From positions 896,001-960,000 of the forward strand of contig OY760175.1 in assembly GCA_963663165.1 (NCBI GenBank): 64,000 bases of DNA. Direction: 5' to 3'. The notes under the pieces are model-generated. The model was not told where the DNA came from. It saw only the letters and a program-made list of their open reading frames with translations, and searched no databases. Both the position numbers and the translations under genes were made by a program. The DNA is from an uncultured Desulfospira sp. (lineage in GTDB: Bacteria > Desulfobacterota > Desulfobacteria > Desulfobacterales > Desulfobacteraceae). Shown in pieces: positions 29,908 to 40,587 of this stretch; the stretch's first letter is position 1; every line of letters begins with the position of its first letter.

Positions 29908-30855
29908 ATGAACGGTGAGAATGACAACCAATTTAACACCCCTTTTGAAGCAGTTGTTGGTGAATGCTGCTCCGAAGACGATGTCGGCCATGGGAACCAC
30001 CTTGGGATCTTTTATGATGATCTGACCAGCCTTTTTAATCAGCTTCCGGAAATTATACAACAAGGCCGGATAGCGTTATCATATGCGGACAACAAAAGCG
30101 CCAGGCCCTATCCATTTCCCGAACAGGAACCGACAGGTGTTCTGCTGGAATGGCCCATACCACGATTTGGTTTGATCAGTGTCATTCAAACGGACTCGCC
30201 GGAAGGGGGGAATGAATTCATCTCAGCCTATCCCTGGGTAAGTGATGGGGCGCAGCATACAATTCTTATTGAAGAAATTAAATTATGGCCCAATCGTCTT
30301 GAAGCCCAGATTCAATGTGTTGTGGGCTCTGAAAAAGATCACTCGCTTGTATTTTTTGATCCGTTGTTTGCCGCTAACCGAAAATTTTATAAAAAAGGGG
30401 AAGCTTATCCGTTCATTTTTACGGGGTTCACATATACGATGGAAATCGTAAGCCCTGATCCCATCATTATCCATGAGCAAGAACATGTCTCCCGGCTTCG
30501 GGGGGTGATGCATGCCAATAATCCAGCCGAACGGGATAGTAAAGAACCATTGATTTTTCAAACCTGTGGAATGGCAGCGCTTTTACCACGGCCTGATCTT
30601 GGTGAAGACGACTATGAGTTTCAGGGACCTGTCAGATCGGTGACAGAACTGCATGAAAAAATGCTCGGTCAAAGGGTTTGGTGTATTCGCATCACGGTAC
30701 TCAGACCTTGTGATATTGATTTTGATATCGATTTGTATGTCCCTGAAAACAAGCTCAAAAACCGCAGACTCCCAACCATTGGTGAAGACGTGCGCGGCGT
30801 TCTCTGGCTCCAGGCCTATCTTTGGTATCCCGGAGAAAAAACAAACCAAACATAA
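29908..30855 (+). CDS. Hypothetical protein
   Basis: 315 aa ORF with RBS AGGAG; no recognised motif. Confidence 0.75.
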   Translation: MNGENDNQFNTPFEAVVGECCSEDDVGHGNHLGIFYDDLTSLFNQLPEIIQQGRIALSYADNKSARPYPFPEQEPTGVLLEWPIPRFGLISVIQTDSPEGGNEFISAYPWVSDGAQHTILIEEIKLWPNRLEAQIQCVVGSEKDHSLVFFDPLFAANRKFYKKGEAYPFIFTGFTYTMEIVSPDPIIIHEQEHVSRLRGVMHANNPAERDSKEPLIFQTCGMAALLPRPDLGEDDYEFQGPVRSVTELHEKMLGQRVWCIRITVLRPCDIDFDIDLYVPENKLKNRRLPTIGEDVRGVLWLQAYLWYPGEKTNQT

Positions 30856-30887
30856 GTGGAAATTCAATTTAAAGTCCAACTATTGGA

Positions 30888-30993
30888 TATAACGGCCATA
30901 CCCTAAAGGGCAGAAACCGGGCCGCCTTGGTTATCCAAGCGAGGCAGCCGGCAACAAAGATTAAAAGTCACCTTTGTTAAGGGACTTTCTCAT
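30888..30993 (+). repeat. ~91 bp repeat copy carrying the 19 bp micro-insertion (30899-30917)
   Basis: AACGGCCA[TACCCTAAAGGGCAGAAAC]CGGGCCG..TTGGTTATCCAA. Confidence 0.85.
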
Positions 30994-31008
30994 AAAACTC
31001 AATACACT

Positions 31009-33078
31009 ATGAATGACATCGAAAAAATCGAAAAACGTCTATGGGAGGCGGCTGACCAGTTAAGGGCAAACTCAAAGCTGACCTCTACCGAATACGCATT
31101 GCCCATATTGGGGCTGATCTTTTTGAGGCATGCCTACAACCGGTATCTGATCGTTGAAAAACAGATCAAGAAAGACCTGCCGTCCCGTGGGGGCAAGACC
31201 CGTCCCCTTACCAAGGATGATTTCGTTCAGAAAAGCGCCCTGTATCTCCAGAAGGAGGCCCAGTTCCAGTATCTGCTTGAGCTTCCCTCGGGGGAGGATA
31301 TTTCCCATAAGATCATCAATGCCATGACGATCATCGAGTCCGACTATACGGGGCTCCAAGATATCCTGCCCAGGGAATACCACATCTTCGATAACGAACT
31401 GTTGAGCAAGATGCTACGGATTTTTGACGATGAAGCCCTGCGTAACGGCAATGGGGATGTGTTTGGTCGGATCTACGAGTATTTTCTCATGAAGTTTGCC
31501 ATGGCCGGTGCCCAGGACTCCGGGGAGTTTTTTACGCCGACATCCCTGGTTCAGACCATCGTGAATGTCATTGAACCGGACCATGGGACCGTGTTTGACC
31601 CGGCTTGCGGGTCCGGCGGCATGTTCGTTCAAACCTCCCATTTTCTCAACCAGACGGGCAGGGCAACCCAGGAGGCTGTCACCTTTTACGGGCAGGAGAA
31701 GACGGCACTGACCATCCGTCTTGCCAAAATGAACCTTGCCGTGCACGGCCTTGAAGGGCAGATCCTTGAGGGAAACACCTTTTATGAGGACAACCACTGG
31801 CTTTGGGAGAAGGCTGATTTTTTGATGGCCAATCCACCGTTCAATGTGGACAAGGTGGACGCCGAAAAGATCAAGGACGATCCCCGCCTGCCCTTTGGCC
31901 TGCCCGGCGTAAACAAGAACAAGGAGGTCAGCAACGGTAATTACCTGTGGATCTCTTATTTCTACAGTTATCTCAATGGGACAGGGCGGGCCGGTTTCGT
32001 TATGAGTTCCCAGGCGTCAAGTGCGGGCAACAAAGAGGCCGATGTCCGGGAAAAGCTCATCAAGACCGGCCATGTGGATGTCATGATCGGTATCCGGTCC
32101 AACTTCTTTTATACCCGGTCGGTGCCCTGTGAGCTGTGGTTTTTTAATAAATCCAAACCTAAGACCATGGCCCGTAAGGTGCTCATGCTGGATGCCCGGA
32201 ATGTTTACCGGAAAGTTACGCGCAAGATCTACGACTTTACGCCGGAACAGCAAAAGAATCTTACGGCAATCATCTGGTTATACCGTGGCCAGACAGAGCG
32301 ATACCTGGGACTTATCAAGGCGTACCTGGGAACGTTGGTAACTGAGAGTCTGGCCGTCGAGGACGCCCTCAAAGGGTTTGCCGATGGGCAAAAGCCGCTG
32401 CTGGATAAACTCAATGCCTTCCAGAAGGTCGTCAAGGACGCCAGCCTGGGCCAATTAATCCGTGACGTGACCGGGATAGTCGAGCAGTGCAAGACCCATG
32501 GTGGAAAACTGGTGTCCGACATCAATGCGTACGGGGCTGAATACGCCGGGATTCCCGGCACGAATGACCGCCAGAACCAGGCCCGCAAAGACTTTGAGCC
32601 GATCAATGGCCAACTGAAGATGCTGCCCAAAACGATTGACCTTTTGTTTAAGCAGACGGTTCGGGGTATCGAGATTGCCGAAAAGGACCTGGACGCCAAG
32701 TCCAATGATGCGTGGGATAATCGTGAGGTCACCCGTCTGAAAAAGGAACTGGATGTCATTCGAAAAGAGGCTGTTGGGAAGCTGAAGACACCAGGGTATT
32801 ATTATCGGCAGATTGAATGGCTGCAATCGCGTTTCCCTGATGCCAAGCTTGTCGATGTCGAGGGATTGGTGAAGTTGGCCGATCAGTCGGAGCTTGAGGC
32901 CAATGACTGGAGTCTGACGCCGGGACGGTACGTTGGGGTTGCCCCGCCTGTTGAGGACGAAGATTTTGACTTTGAGGAGACCATTCGGGATATCCATCTT
33001 GAGCTTGAGGGGTTGAACCAGGAAGCCATTGAATTGGCGAGGACTATCCAGAGCAACTTTGAGGATCTTGGGATATGA
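31009..33078 (+). CDS. hsdM: Type I R-M methyltransferase subunit
   Basis: LWEAADQLRANS; GEFFTP; DPACGSGG; NPPF. Confidence 0.95.
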   Translation: MNDIEKIEKRLWEAADQLRANSKLTSTEYALPILGLIFLRHAYNRYLIVEKQIKKDLPSRGGKTRPLTKDDFVQKSALYLQKEAQFQYLLELPSGEDISHKIINAMTIIESDYTGLQDILPREYHIFDNELLSKMLRIFDDEALRNGNGDVFGRIYEYFLMKFAMAGAQDSGEFFTPTSLVQTIVNVIEPDHGTVFDPACGSGGMFVQTSHFLNQTGRATQEAVTFYGQEKTALTIRLAKMNLAVHGLEGQILEGNTFYEDNHWLWEKADFLMANPPFNVDKVDAEKIKDDPRLPFGLPGVNKNKEVSNGNYLWISYFYSYLNGTGRAGFVMSSQASSAGNKEADVREKLIKTGHVDVMIGIRSNFFYTRSVPCELWFFNKSKPKTMARKVLMLDARNVYRKVTRKIYDFTPEQQKNLTAIIWLYRGQTERYLGLIKAYLGTLVTESLAVEDALKGFADGQKPLLDKLNAFQKVVKDASLGQLIRDVTGIVEQCKTHGGKLVSDINAYGAEYAGIPGTNDRQNQARKDFEPINGQLKMLPKTIDLLFKQTVRGIEIAEKDLDAKSNDAWDNREVTRLKKELDVIRKEAVGKLKTPGYYYRQIEWLQSRFPDAKLVDVEGLVKLADQSELEANDWSLTPGRYVGVAPPVEDEDFDFEETIRDIHLELEGLNQEAIELARTIQSNFEDLGI

Positions 33079-34205
33079 GCTGGCTGACGCAAAAGCTTGG
33101 TGACGTTCTTACGCTGAAAAGGGGCTATGATTTACCTTCGTCAAAACGACAATTCGGTTCAATACCAATTATTTCATCATCAGGCATAACTGGAACACAT
33201 AATATTTGTAAGGTTGAAGGTCCCGGTGTTGTTACAGGGCGTTACGGCACCATAGGAAAGGTCTATTATGTAAACAACGATTTCTGGCCATTGAACACTG
33301 CCTTGTATGTGCAGGACTTCAAAGGCAATGACCCAAGGTTTGTTTCCTATTTTTTAAGTCACGTTTTGATGTTCACACAAAGTGACAAAGCTGCTGTGCC
33401 TGGAGTAAATCGAAATGACCTTCATGCCAAGGATGTTTTGTTTCCACCCAAGGAAATTCACACTAAAATTGCCTCCATCCTGACCGCCTACGATGACCTC
33501 ATCGAGAACAACAACCGCCGGATAGCCCTCCTTGAGGACTCCGCACGTCAGCTTTACCGTGAGTGGTTCGTGAGGTTGCGGTTTCCCGGGCATGAGAACA
33601 CAAGGATCACCGATGGTGTGCCCGATGGATGGGAGAAGGCTGCTGTTTCTAACTTTTGTACCGTTGGTAGAGGAGCTTCCCCGAGGCCAATCAAAGACTA
33701 TATGGGGGGCGATATTCCGTGGTTTAAAATCGGTGACGCTACTGCTTCAGAAAGCCCGTATATCTTTGAGACTGTAGAAAAGGTGACCGAAGATGGATCT
33801 CAGAAGAGTATCATACTGCCTGTTGGCGAGTTGATTCTCTCAAATAGTGCTACATGTGGGATTCCCAATTTTACGGGTGTTTCTGGTTGTATCCACGACG
33901 GTTGGCTTTATTTCAAAGGGTTAAAGCATATAAGTAAGTACTTTCTCTATCTTTACCTTATTTTTCAGCAACAAGCTCTCCTGCAAGGTATTGGAGATGG
34001 TGCAACTCAGAAGAATTTAAACACCAAATACGTTTCAAACCAACCACTTCTTGTGCCTAAATCAACCAAATTGCTTGTGCGTTTTGATAAACTGGTTCAA
34101 CCAAAGTTCGATTATATTGAAAACCTGGCGAAACAAAATCAAAAGCTCAAAGCCGCCCGTGACCTCCTGTTACCCAAACTCATGAACGGAGAGATACCCG
34201 TATGA
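33075..34205 (+). CDS. hsdS: Type I R-M specificity subunit
   Basis: Two AT-richer TRDs; conserved DDLIENN.RRI and RDLLLPKLM.GEI. Confidence 0.95.
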   Translation: MSWLTQKLGDVLTLKRGYDLPSSKRQFGSIPIISSSGITGTHNICKVEGPGVVTGRYGTIGKVYYVNNDFWPLNTALYVQDFKGNDPRFVSYFLSHVLMFTQSDKAAVPGVNRNDLHAKDVLFPPKEIHTKIASILTAYDDLIENNNRRIALLEDSARQLYREWFVRLRFPGHENTRITDGVPDGWEKAAVSNFCTVGRGASPRPIKDYMGGDIPWFKIGDATASESPYIFETVEKVTEDGSQKSIILPVGELILSNSATCGIPNFTGVSGCIHDGWLYFKGLKHISKYFLYLYLIFQQQALLQGIGDGATQKNLNTKYVSNQPLLVPKSTKLLVRFDKLVQPKFDYIENLAKQNQKLKAARDLLLPKLMNGEIPV

Positions 34206-37200
34206 CAGGCCCCATGACCGAAGACAGACTTGTTCAGAAGACCACTGCTGAGTACTTTGAGTCGGAACTTGGATGGAACTCAGTGTATGCCTATAATGCT
34301 GAGGACTTCGGTCAGGACTCCCTGCTGGGGCGGAATGACGATACCGAGGTGGTGCTGGTCCAGCACCTTCTAAAGGCCCTGAAACAATACAACCCCGGCC
34401 TGCCCGAAACTGCCTATGAGTCAGCCGTAACGACAATTGCCGCCACCAGTGTCAGCAAGTCCGCCCTCCAGGCGAACCGGGAGAAATACGGGCTGTTCAA
34501 AAGCGGTGTCCCGGTCAAGTTCAAGAACGATAAGGGGATTATCGAAGAGCGGCGCCTCAAGGTCTTTGACTTTGGCGATCCACTGAACAATGATTTCCTG
34601 GTGGTCCGTGAATTGTGGATCGCAAAGCTTCCCTACCGGCGGCGTCCGGATATCATCGGGTTTGTCAACGGCATCCCTTTGCTGTTCATTGAACTAAAGA
34701 ACATCCATAAGGATATCCGCCGGGCCTATAATGAAAACCTCAAGGATTACAAGGACACCATTCCCCATTTATTTGATCACAATGCCTTTATCATGCTCTC
34801 CAACGGGGATAAGGCCAGGATGGGATCACTGTCAGCCAGGTATGGCCACTTCAAGGATTGGAAACGTCTGGACGAGGATGAACCGGGTGTGGTGGACTTT
34901 GAGACCATGCTCAAGGGGGTGTGCACCAAGTCAAACTTTATGGATCTTTTTGAAAATTTTATCCTGTTTGACGAGAGTGCCGGGACCCTTGCCAAAATCG
35001 TTGCGCGAAACCATCAGTATCTTGGGGTAAACCGGGCCGTTCGATCGGTACGGGACCGCAATGCCCTTGAAGGACAGCTCGGGGTCTTCTGGCATACCCA
35101 GGGGTCCGGCAAATCCTATTCCATGGTGTTCTTTTCCCAGAAGGTTCACCGTAAACTCACCGGAAATTTTACCTTTCTGATTGTCACGGATCGAGAAGAC
35201 CTGGATACTCAGCTTTACAAGACCTTTGCCGGATGCGGTATTGTGGATAACGATAAGGACCACTGCCGGGCATCAAGCGGGGCTGATCTTCGGGAACTGT
35301 TCTCTTCAAGCAAGGCGTACATCTTCACCATGGTCCACAAGTTCAATAAGGACGTGGCTGGCCCCGGGGATATCTATTCTGATCGGTCCGACATCATTGT
35401 TATCTCCGATGAGGCCCATCGTACCCAGTATGGCCGTCTTGCCCTGAATATGCGCAATGCACTTCCCCATGCCCACTACATCGGGTTTACCGGGACTCCG
35501 TTGTTCAAGGATGATGAGATCACCAAAAAAATATTCGGCGGGTACGTATCCACCTATGACTTCCAGCGGGCTGTTGAGGATAATGCAACAGTTCCACTCT
35601 TCTATGACAGCCGGGGGGAGAAACTTGGGCTGGCCACCACGAACATCAACATGAAACTGGCTGAAAAGCTTGAAGCCATTGAACTGGATGCGGACCAGGA
35701 GGCACTTCTGGAAAAGGACCTGTCCCGGGCGTACCATGTGATTACCGCCACCAGAAGGCTTACGGCCATTGCCCGGGATTTTGTTGAGCATTACGCCACC
35801 GCCTGGGAAACCGGCAAGGCCATGTTTGTCAGCCTCGACAAAATCACGGCCCTGCGGATGTATAATCTGGTTCAAGGGTTCTGGCAGGAACAAATTCAGA
35901 AAACCGACGCCGGCATGAAAGAGGCCTGTGACGAACAGGAATTAATGGGTCTGCGGCGTAAACTTGAATGGCTCAAAGAAACCCGGATGGCGGTGGTCGT
36001 GAGCGAAGAGCAGGGGGAGATTGAGAAGTTCAAACACTGGGATCTGGATATTATCCCCCACCGGGCACGCATGAAAAACGGATTTGAGACGTCTGACGGC
36101 AAGACCCTTGAAATCGACCTGGCATTCAAACGGGAGAATCACCCGTTCCGGGTTGTCTTTGTCTGTGCCATGTGACTGACGGGGTTTGATGTCCCAAGCC
36201 TTTCAACCCTCTACCTTGATAAACCCTTAAAGGCCCATACGCTGATGCAGGCCATTGCCCGGGCAAACCGCATCAACGAAGGAAAGAACAACGGGCTGAT
36301 TGTCGACTATTGCGGTATATTGAAAAATCTGAGGGAAGCGCTTGCCACTTTCGCTTCTGGTGGCGGCGCAGGTGGCGGTGTTCCCGAACCGCCCGTTAAA
36401 CCAGATGAAGAACTGCTTGAGGAACTGGCCGGGGCCATTGACCACACCAGGGTCTTTTTGAAGGAACGGGGGTTTGAGCTTGAGAGCATTTCCGAAAAAA
36501 CAGGATTTCAAAAAATTGCCGCCATAAAAGATGCCAAAAACGTGATCAATCAGAGTGAAGAGACCCGGAAGCGGTTTGAAATACAGGCACGGATGGTTTT
36601 TAAGAAATTTAAAGGCTGTCTGAACATCAAGGCTGTAAACGACTTCAGGCAGCCCCATGACGCCATTGACATTGTTTATAAAAAGCTGCTCGGGGATCGG
36701 GATAAAGCCGACATCAGCCGGATCATCCAGGATCTTCATAAGGTGGTGGACCAGGCCGTGGAAGTAAGGGAGGCCGGGCCGGGTGTTGATGACTACCTTT
36801 ATGATATCAGCAAGATAGACTTTAAGCTGCTGCAAGAAGAGTTTGCCAAAAAGAAACACAAGAACACAACGGTCTATTGCCTGAAAGAGGCCATTGAAAA
36901 GAAGCTTGCACGGATGCTGAAACAAAATCCCTTGAGGACCGACTTCAACAAACGCTATCAGGAGATCATCCAAGCGTATAATGAAGAAAAGAACAGATCC
37001 ACCATTGAGAAGACCTTTGAGGAGCTGATGAAGTATTACCGGCAGTTGTCCGAGGAAGAAAGGCGGGCCGCACGGGAAGGCCTTACCGAGGAACAGCTGG
37101 CGATCTTTGATCTATTACTCAAACCGGAAATATCAAAGGCGGACCGGGAAAAGGTGAAGCGCATCGCATCGCCGGTGAGCTTCTTGAGTTGTTAAAGGCT

Positions 37201-37404
37201 GAAAAGCTGAAAGTTGAGAACTGGCAGGAGAAAGAGGTGACCAAGGCCGCTGTCAAAACTTTCATTTACAACTACCTGTACGATGAAAACACCGGCCTGC
37301 CCGATCCCTTTTACAGCACCGATGATGTCGAACAAAAAACCGGTATCGTGTTTGATCACGTTTTTATGCGGTATCAGGATAGCGGCCATAGGGCTTATGT
37401 ATAG
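34202..37404 (+). pseudogene. hsdR: Type I R-M restriction subunit, inactivated
   Basis: PD..ELK, HTQGSGKS and DEAHR motifs. TGA at 36173-36175 replaces W of MWLTGFD. GCATC duplication at 37161-37170 shifts the frame. Confidence 0.93.
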
Positions 37405-37409
37405 CCTTA

Positions 37410-38294
37410 TTATCTCCGATTCTTTTTCCTGGATTTTTTAGACTGTTTGCGTTTTTTCTTTTTAGCAGATGATTGTTTTCTGCTTGATGCTTTTTGAGCC
37501 TTTAATTTCAAAGAACCCGAATGTTTTGTATTATCCTGAAAGCATGCCCACCAGGACATGGCCGCGTGGAAATCATCAAGGCTGTGTCTTTCCATATCCT
37601 CTTTCAACACCTGAAGACTCTTTTCTTTTCCCATATCCAGGGTTTTCTTGAAGCTTTCATAACCGATTATTCCAGGTGAGATCAGTCCGTTTTCATAAGA
37701 TGCCTCGATCGTATCCATAATCTCTTCAGGGTAAAGGTCGCAAACGATGCATGCTAATAGTCCCCAGAAGTCTGAAGTTTTGTCCGCTTCATTCCCAGTG
37801 AACAATGAGTTGAAAAACTCAATGGTATCCTCCCTGGATACATAACCGGATACAGTAGAATAAGCTATTGCTTGACAGCCTGAAATACGGATATATTCGT
37901 TTACCGCTGTATTACGAACCATGGATTTCATAGAATCAATGGAGCCGTTACAGGTATTGAACAAAAGAGCCGGCAAATCCGAGGTACAGATATCGCCAAA
38001 TAGTTTGTCCGGCAAGTCATCCGGAAGGCAAAAAATATCTATAAGCAATTTATGGACACGATGTTCTTTAAAATGTCCAAGCAGCATTACCGAATAAATG
38101 TGGTCATAGAGTTCACCATCTTCGATGTAAACCTGGGGATTGGACAAGAGGTCTTCCAGAACTTTGATCAACGCGGGTGTTATCTCTTCTTTGAGTTCAA
38201 TGGCTGCGTTGATTTCTTCCCGTTTGTAAACACCATCATAATATTTAAAGGATGCGAGAATTTCAGACACCCGATTTTTTGTATGATCTTCCAT
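37410..38294 (-). CDS. DUF1186-like protein
   Basis: Y.REEINAAIE..EEITP.LI; HIY..MLL..F.E; WWACF followed by a basic tail. Confidence 0.65.
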   Translation of the reverse strand: MEDHTKNRVSEILASFKYYDGVYKREEINAAIELKEEITPALIKVLEDLLSNPQVYIEDGELYDHIYSVMLLGHFKEHRVHKLLIDIFCLPDDLPDKLFGDICTSDLPALLFNTCNGSIDSMKSMVRNTAVNEYIRISGCQAIAYSTVSGYVSREDTIEFFNSLFTGNEADKTSDFWGLLACIVCDLYPEEIMDTIEASYENGLISPGIIGYESFKKTLDMGKEKSLQVLKEDMERHSLDDFHAAMSWWACFQDNTKHSGSLKLKAQKASSRKQSSAKKKKRKQSKKSRKKNRR

Positions 38295-38428
38295 ATCAAT
38301 CGTAGTAGATTTCCTTTTTTATTTTTCAGCGGGCTCAAAGCCACAACCTTGCGCTTGTCAAGGTGTTGAGAACTCGATTTAAAATGCAGGCTTTATTCTG
38401 CCTGTTTCACCAGTTGATAACTTTTCCT

Positions 38429-38851
38429 TTACAAAAACCTGGCTTTGAATTTTTCCGGCACCCTGGCCTTGACCCGCTCGTTTTTTTCCAGAAATACCCA
38501 TCCGTTTTTGGCCAGGGCCGCTAATTTTCCCGAATCCTGTATGGTCATCCGGTAGATAAATTCACATCCGCATTCCCAGAAACCGGAAACCCCGATCTCA
38601 ACGTTGAGAATCTGGCCGTAAAACACCTCTGATTTGTAGATAATGGCTGAGTCGGCCATGATCAGCCGGGTGCCTTCAATATCGGTTTCCACATAGCCAA
38701 GCTTTCGGATAAACCGGGCACGGGCCTCGCTGACCGCCACCAGAAAGGCTTCATTGCCCATATGATGGGCGGTATTGATGTCCCGCAGCCGGACATCAAT
38801 TTGGGTTGAAAAAAATATTCTTTCAGGGGGATCTATCCGAACTCGGGCCAT
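38429..38851 (-). CDS. Acyl-CoA thioesterase (4HBT/hotdog fold)
   Basis: VR..DIN..HHMGN..F...SEAR; YKSEVFYG. Confidence 0.85.
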   Translation of the reverse strand: MARVRIDPPERIFFSTQIDVRLRDINTAHHMGNEAFLVAVSEARARFIRKLGYVETDIEGTRLIMADSAIIYKSEVFYGQILNVEIGVSGFWECGCEFIYRMTIQDSGKLAALAKNGWVFLEKNERVKARVPEKFKARFL

Positions 38852-38987
38852 ATTTTTATATCTCCTTGGATCTTTAGTGCTTCAACAACAACTTTCGGCC
38901 CAAGTTTACCGTCATGTGTCTTCAAAATCAATACCGGCTGAATCAATGTCATTAACTTAAGCATCGAGTATGTTATTTGCAGGTCTC

Positions 38988-39169
38988 CTCTGTGTAGTTT
39001 GGCGCAAGCCAAACCTTAAATTCTCTCTGTGGTTAAATAGAAAATGCGGGCGAAGCCCGCTGATTTCACAAACCAGGAATTTCAAAAAAAACCTTTCAAT
39101 CCCTTTGGGATTTCATGTTTTTAAACCACAGAGGACACTTAAGGTTTGGCTGCGCCAAACTTCACAGAG
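38988..39169. repeat. ~180 bp element with ~50 bp imperfect terminal inverted repeats
   Basis: CTCTGTG.AGTTTGGCGCA.GCCAAACCTTAA..CTCTGTGGTT and its reverse complement at 39121-39169. Confidence 0.8.
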
Positions 39170-39339
39170 AGTAACGGACAGGGGCAGGCATTGGGAGATG
39201 TGCTCTTCATGACGTTAATAAGAGCCGTCCCAATTTATAGTGATGAAAACTCTTAATTTAATGACATTGCCGGCTGAATAGAAACAAGACCGGATCACTT
39301 TTCCTTAGGGGTTCGCATTCCGGTCTCCGGTTTCCGGCG

Positions 39340-39481
39340 GCAGGAAGCAGGGCCATACCCGCGAACCAATGGCAGACATGGCCCGCTCCCTGCATGGACC
39401 TAAAATGTGAAAATAAATGCTGAAGGTCGGGTATCCTTAGAACAGTGCACCCGGTCTGCGGTCTCCCGTCTGCGGTCTGCC
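39340..39481 (+). repeat. Composite REP-doublet element, copy 1
   Basis: Aligns with 57649-57795 and 61319-61461. Confidence 0.7.
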
Positions 39482-40585
39482 TTTATAACTGTCAAATCCC
39501 TCCCAAACGCGTTGTCCGGTATATGCCACCGGGTCTTCCGTCCCGCTGATCACCCGTAACACCCCCAAGGCCAGGGCCTCCATCTCAAGTTCCCCGGGGT
39601 AAATATCCACCGGGGCAATAAAGGCCACCATCCGGGTGAGTTCTTCGATAAAATAACTGTCCCGGCTGATTCCCCCGGTGAGGACGATGGCGTCCACCTT
39701 TCCTTCAAGGACTGTGGCATAGGCGCCAATGCTTTTTGCCACCTGGTAGATCATGGCATCGTATACCAGTTTGGCATACCGGTCCCCTTTGGCGATCCGT
39801 TGTTTGACCTCCAGAACCTCGCTGGTTCCCAGGTGATTGACCAGTCCACCGTTCTTCATGAACAGCTCTTTGACCTTGCGTTCACTGTATTGCCCTGAAA
39901 AACAAAGGCTGATCAGTTTTGATGGCGGGACCACACCGGCCCGGGTCGGCGCCATGGGGGCTTCCCCGTAAAGCAGGTTATCGGCATCCACCACCCGTCC
40001 TTTTTTATGGGCCGCAACCGATACGCCCCCGCCGATGTGGGCCACCACCAGGTTAACATCGGTATAAGGTTTGCCCATTTTAGCCGCCGCCCGCAGGCCG
40101 ACTTCCTTGTGGCTTAGGGCATGAAAGCTGCTGGATCGGGGCAGATCGGCAATCCCGCTCACCCGGGCCACGGGCTCTAACTCATCCACATCAGGCGGAT
40201 TGACCACAAAGGCGGGCTTGTCGTAAGCCATGGAAAGATCATGGGCCAGCAAAGGGCCTAAGGCGGCCGGGTGAATGGGCCGGGACCGGGCATGGTCGAG
40301 CATGAGGTCATTGACCGGGTAGGTTCCCCCGGAACAGGGGTCCAAGCCCCCTGCCCGGCCCACAAAGGCGGTGAAGGTTCTCAAATCGTATCCTTGTTCA
40401 TCCATGGCTTTGATGATCATCTGTTTTCGATAATCGAACTGATCGCTTAACTGTTTGAACCGGGCCAGCCTTTCCGCCTCATGGGTAATATCAAGGCCAT
40501 AAACCTTGTCCTCATTTTCAAAGACGGCAATTTTGGTGGATGTGGAGCCGGGGTTAATGGCCAGGATCCGTATGATTTCCATCAT
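39437..40585 (-). CDS. buk: Butyrate kinase
   Basis: ILAINPGSTSTKIA; VDEL; HAL; VAHIGGGVSV; LTGG; PGE.EMEALA. Confidence 0.93.
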   Translation of the reverse strand: MMEIIRILAINPGSTSTKIAVFENEDKVYGLDITHEAERLARFKQLSDQFDYRKQMIIKAMDEQGYDLRTFTAFVGRAGGLDPCSGGTYPVNDLMLDHARSRPIHPAALGPLLAHDLSMAYDKPAFVVNPPDVDELEPVARVSGIADLPRSSSFHALSHKEVGLRAAAKMGKPYTDVNLVVAHIGGGVSVAAHKKGRVVDADNLLYGEAPMAPTRAGVVPPSKLISLCFSGQYSERKVKELFMKNGGLVNHLGTSEVLEVKQRIAKGDRYAKLVYDAMIYQVAKSIGAYATVLEGKVDAIVLTGGISRDSYFIEELTRMVAFIAPVDIYPGELEMEALALGVLRVISGTEDPVAYTGQRVWEGFDSYKGRPQTGDRRPGALF

Positions 40586-40587
40586 GA

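Noticed and set aside
36173..36175. Selenocysteine or programmed readthrough in hsdR
   Set aside because: The position is a conserved Trp and the gene has a second, independent frameshift.
38325..38378. attC remnant upstream of the DUF1186-like gene
   Set aside because: Only a short CCTTG/CAAGG stem is present and the spacing does not fit attC geometry.
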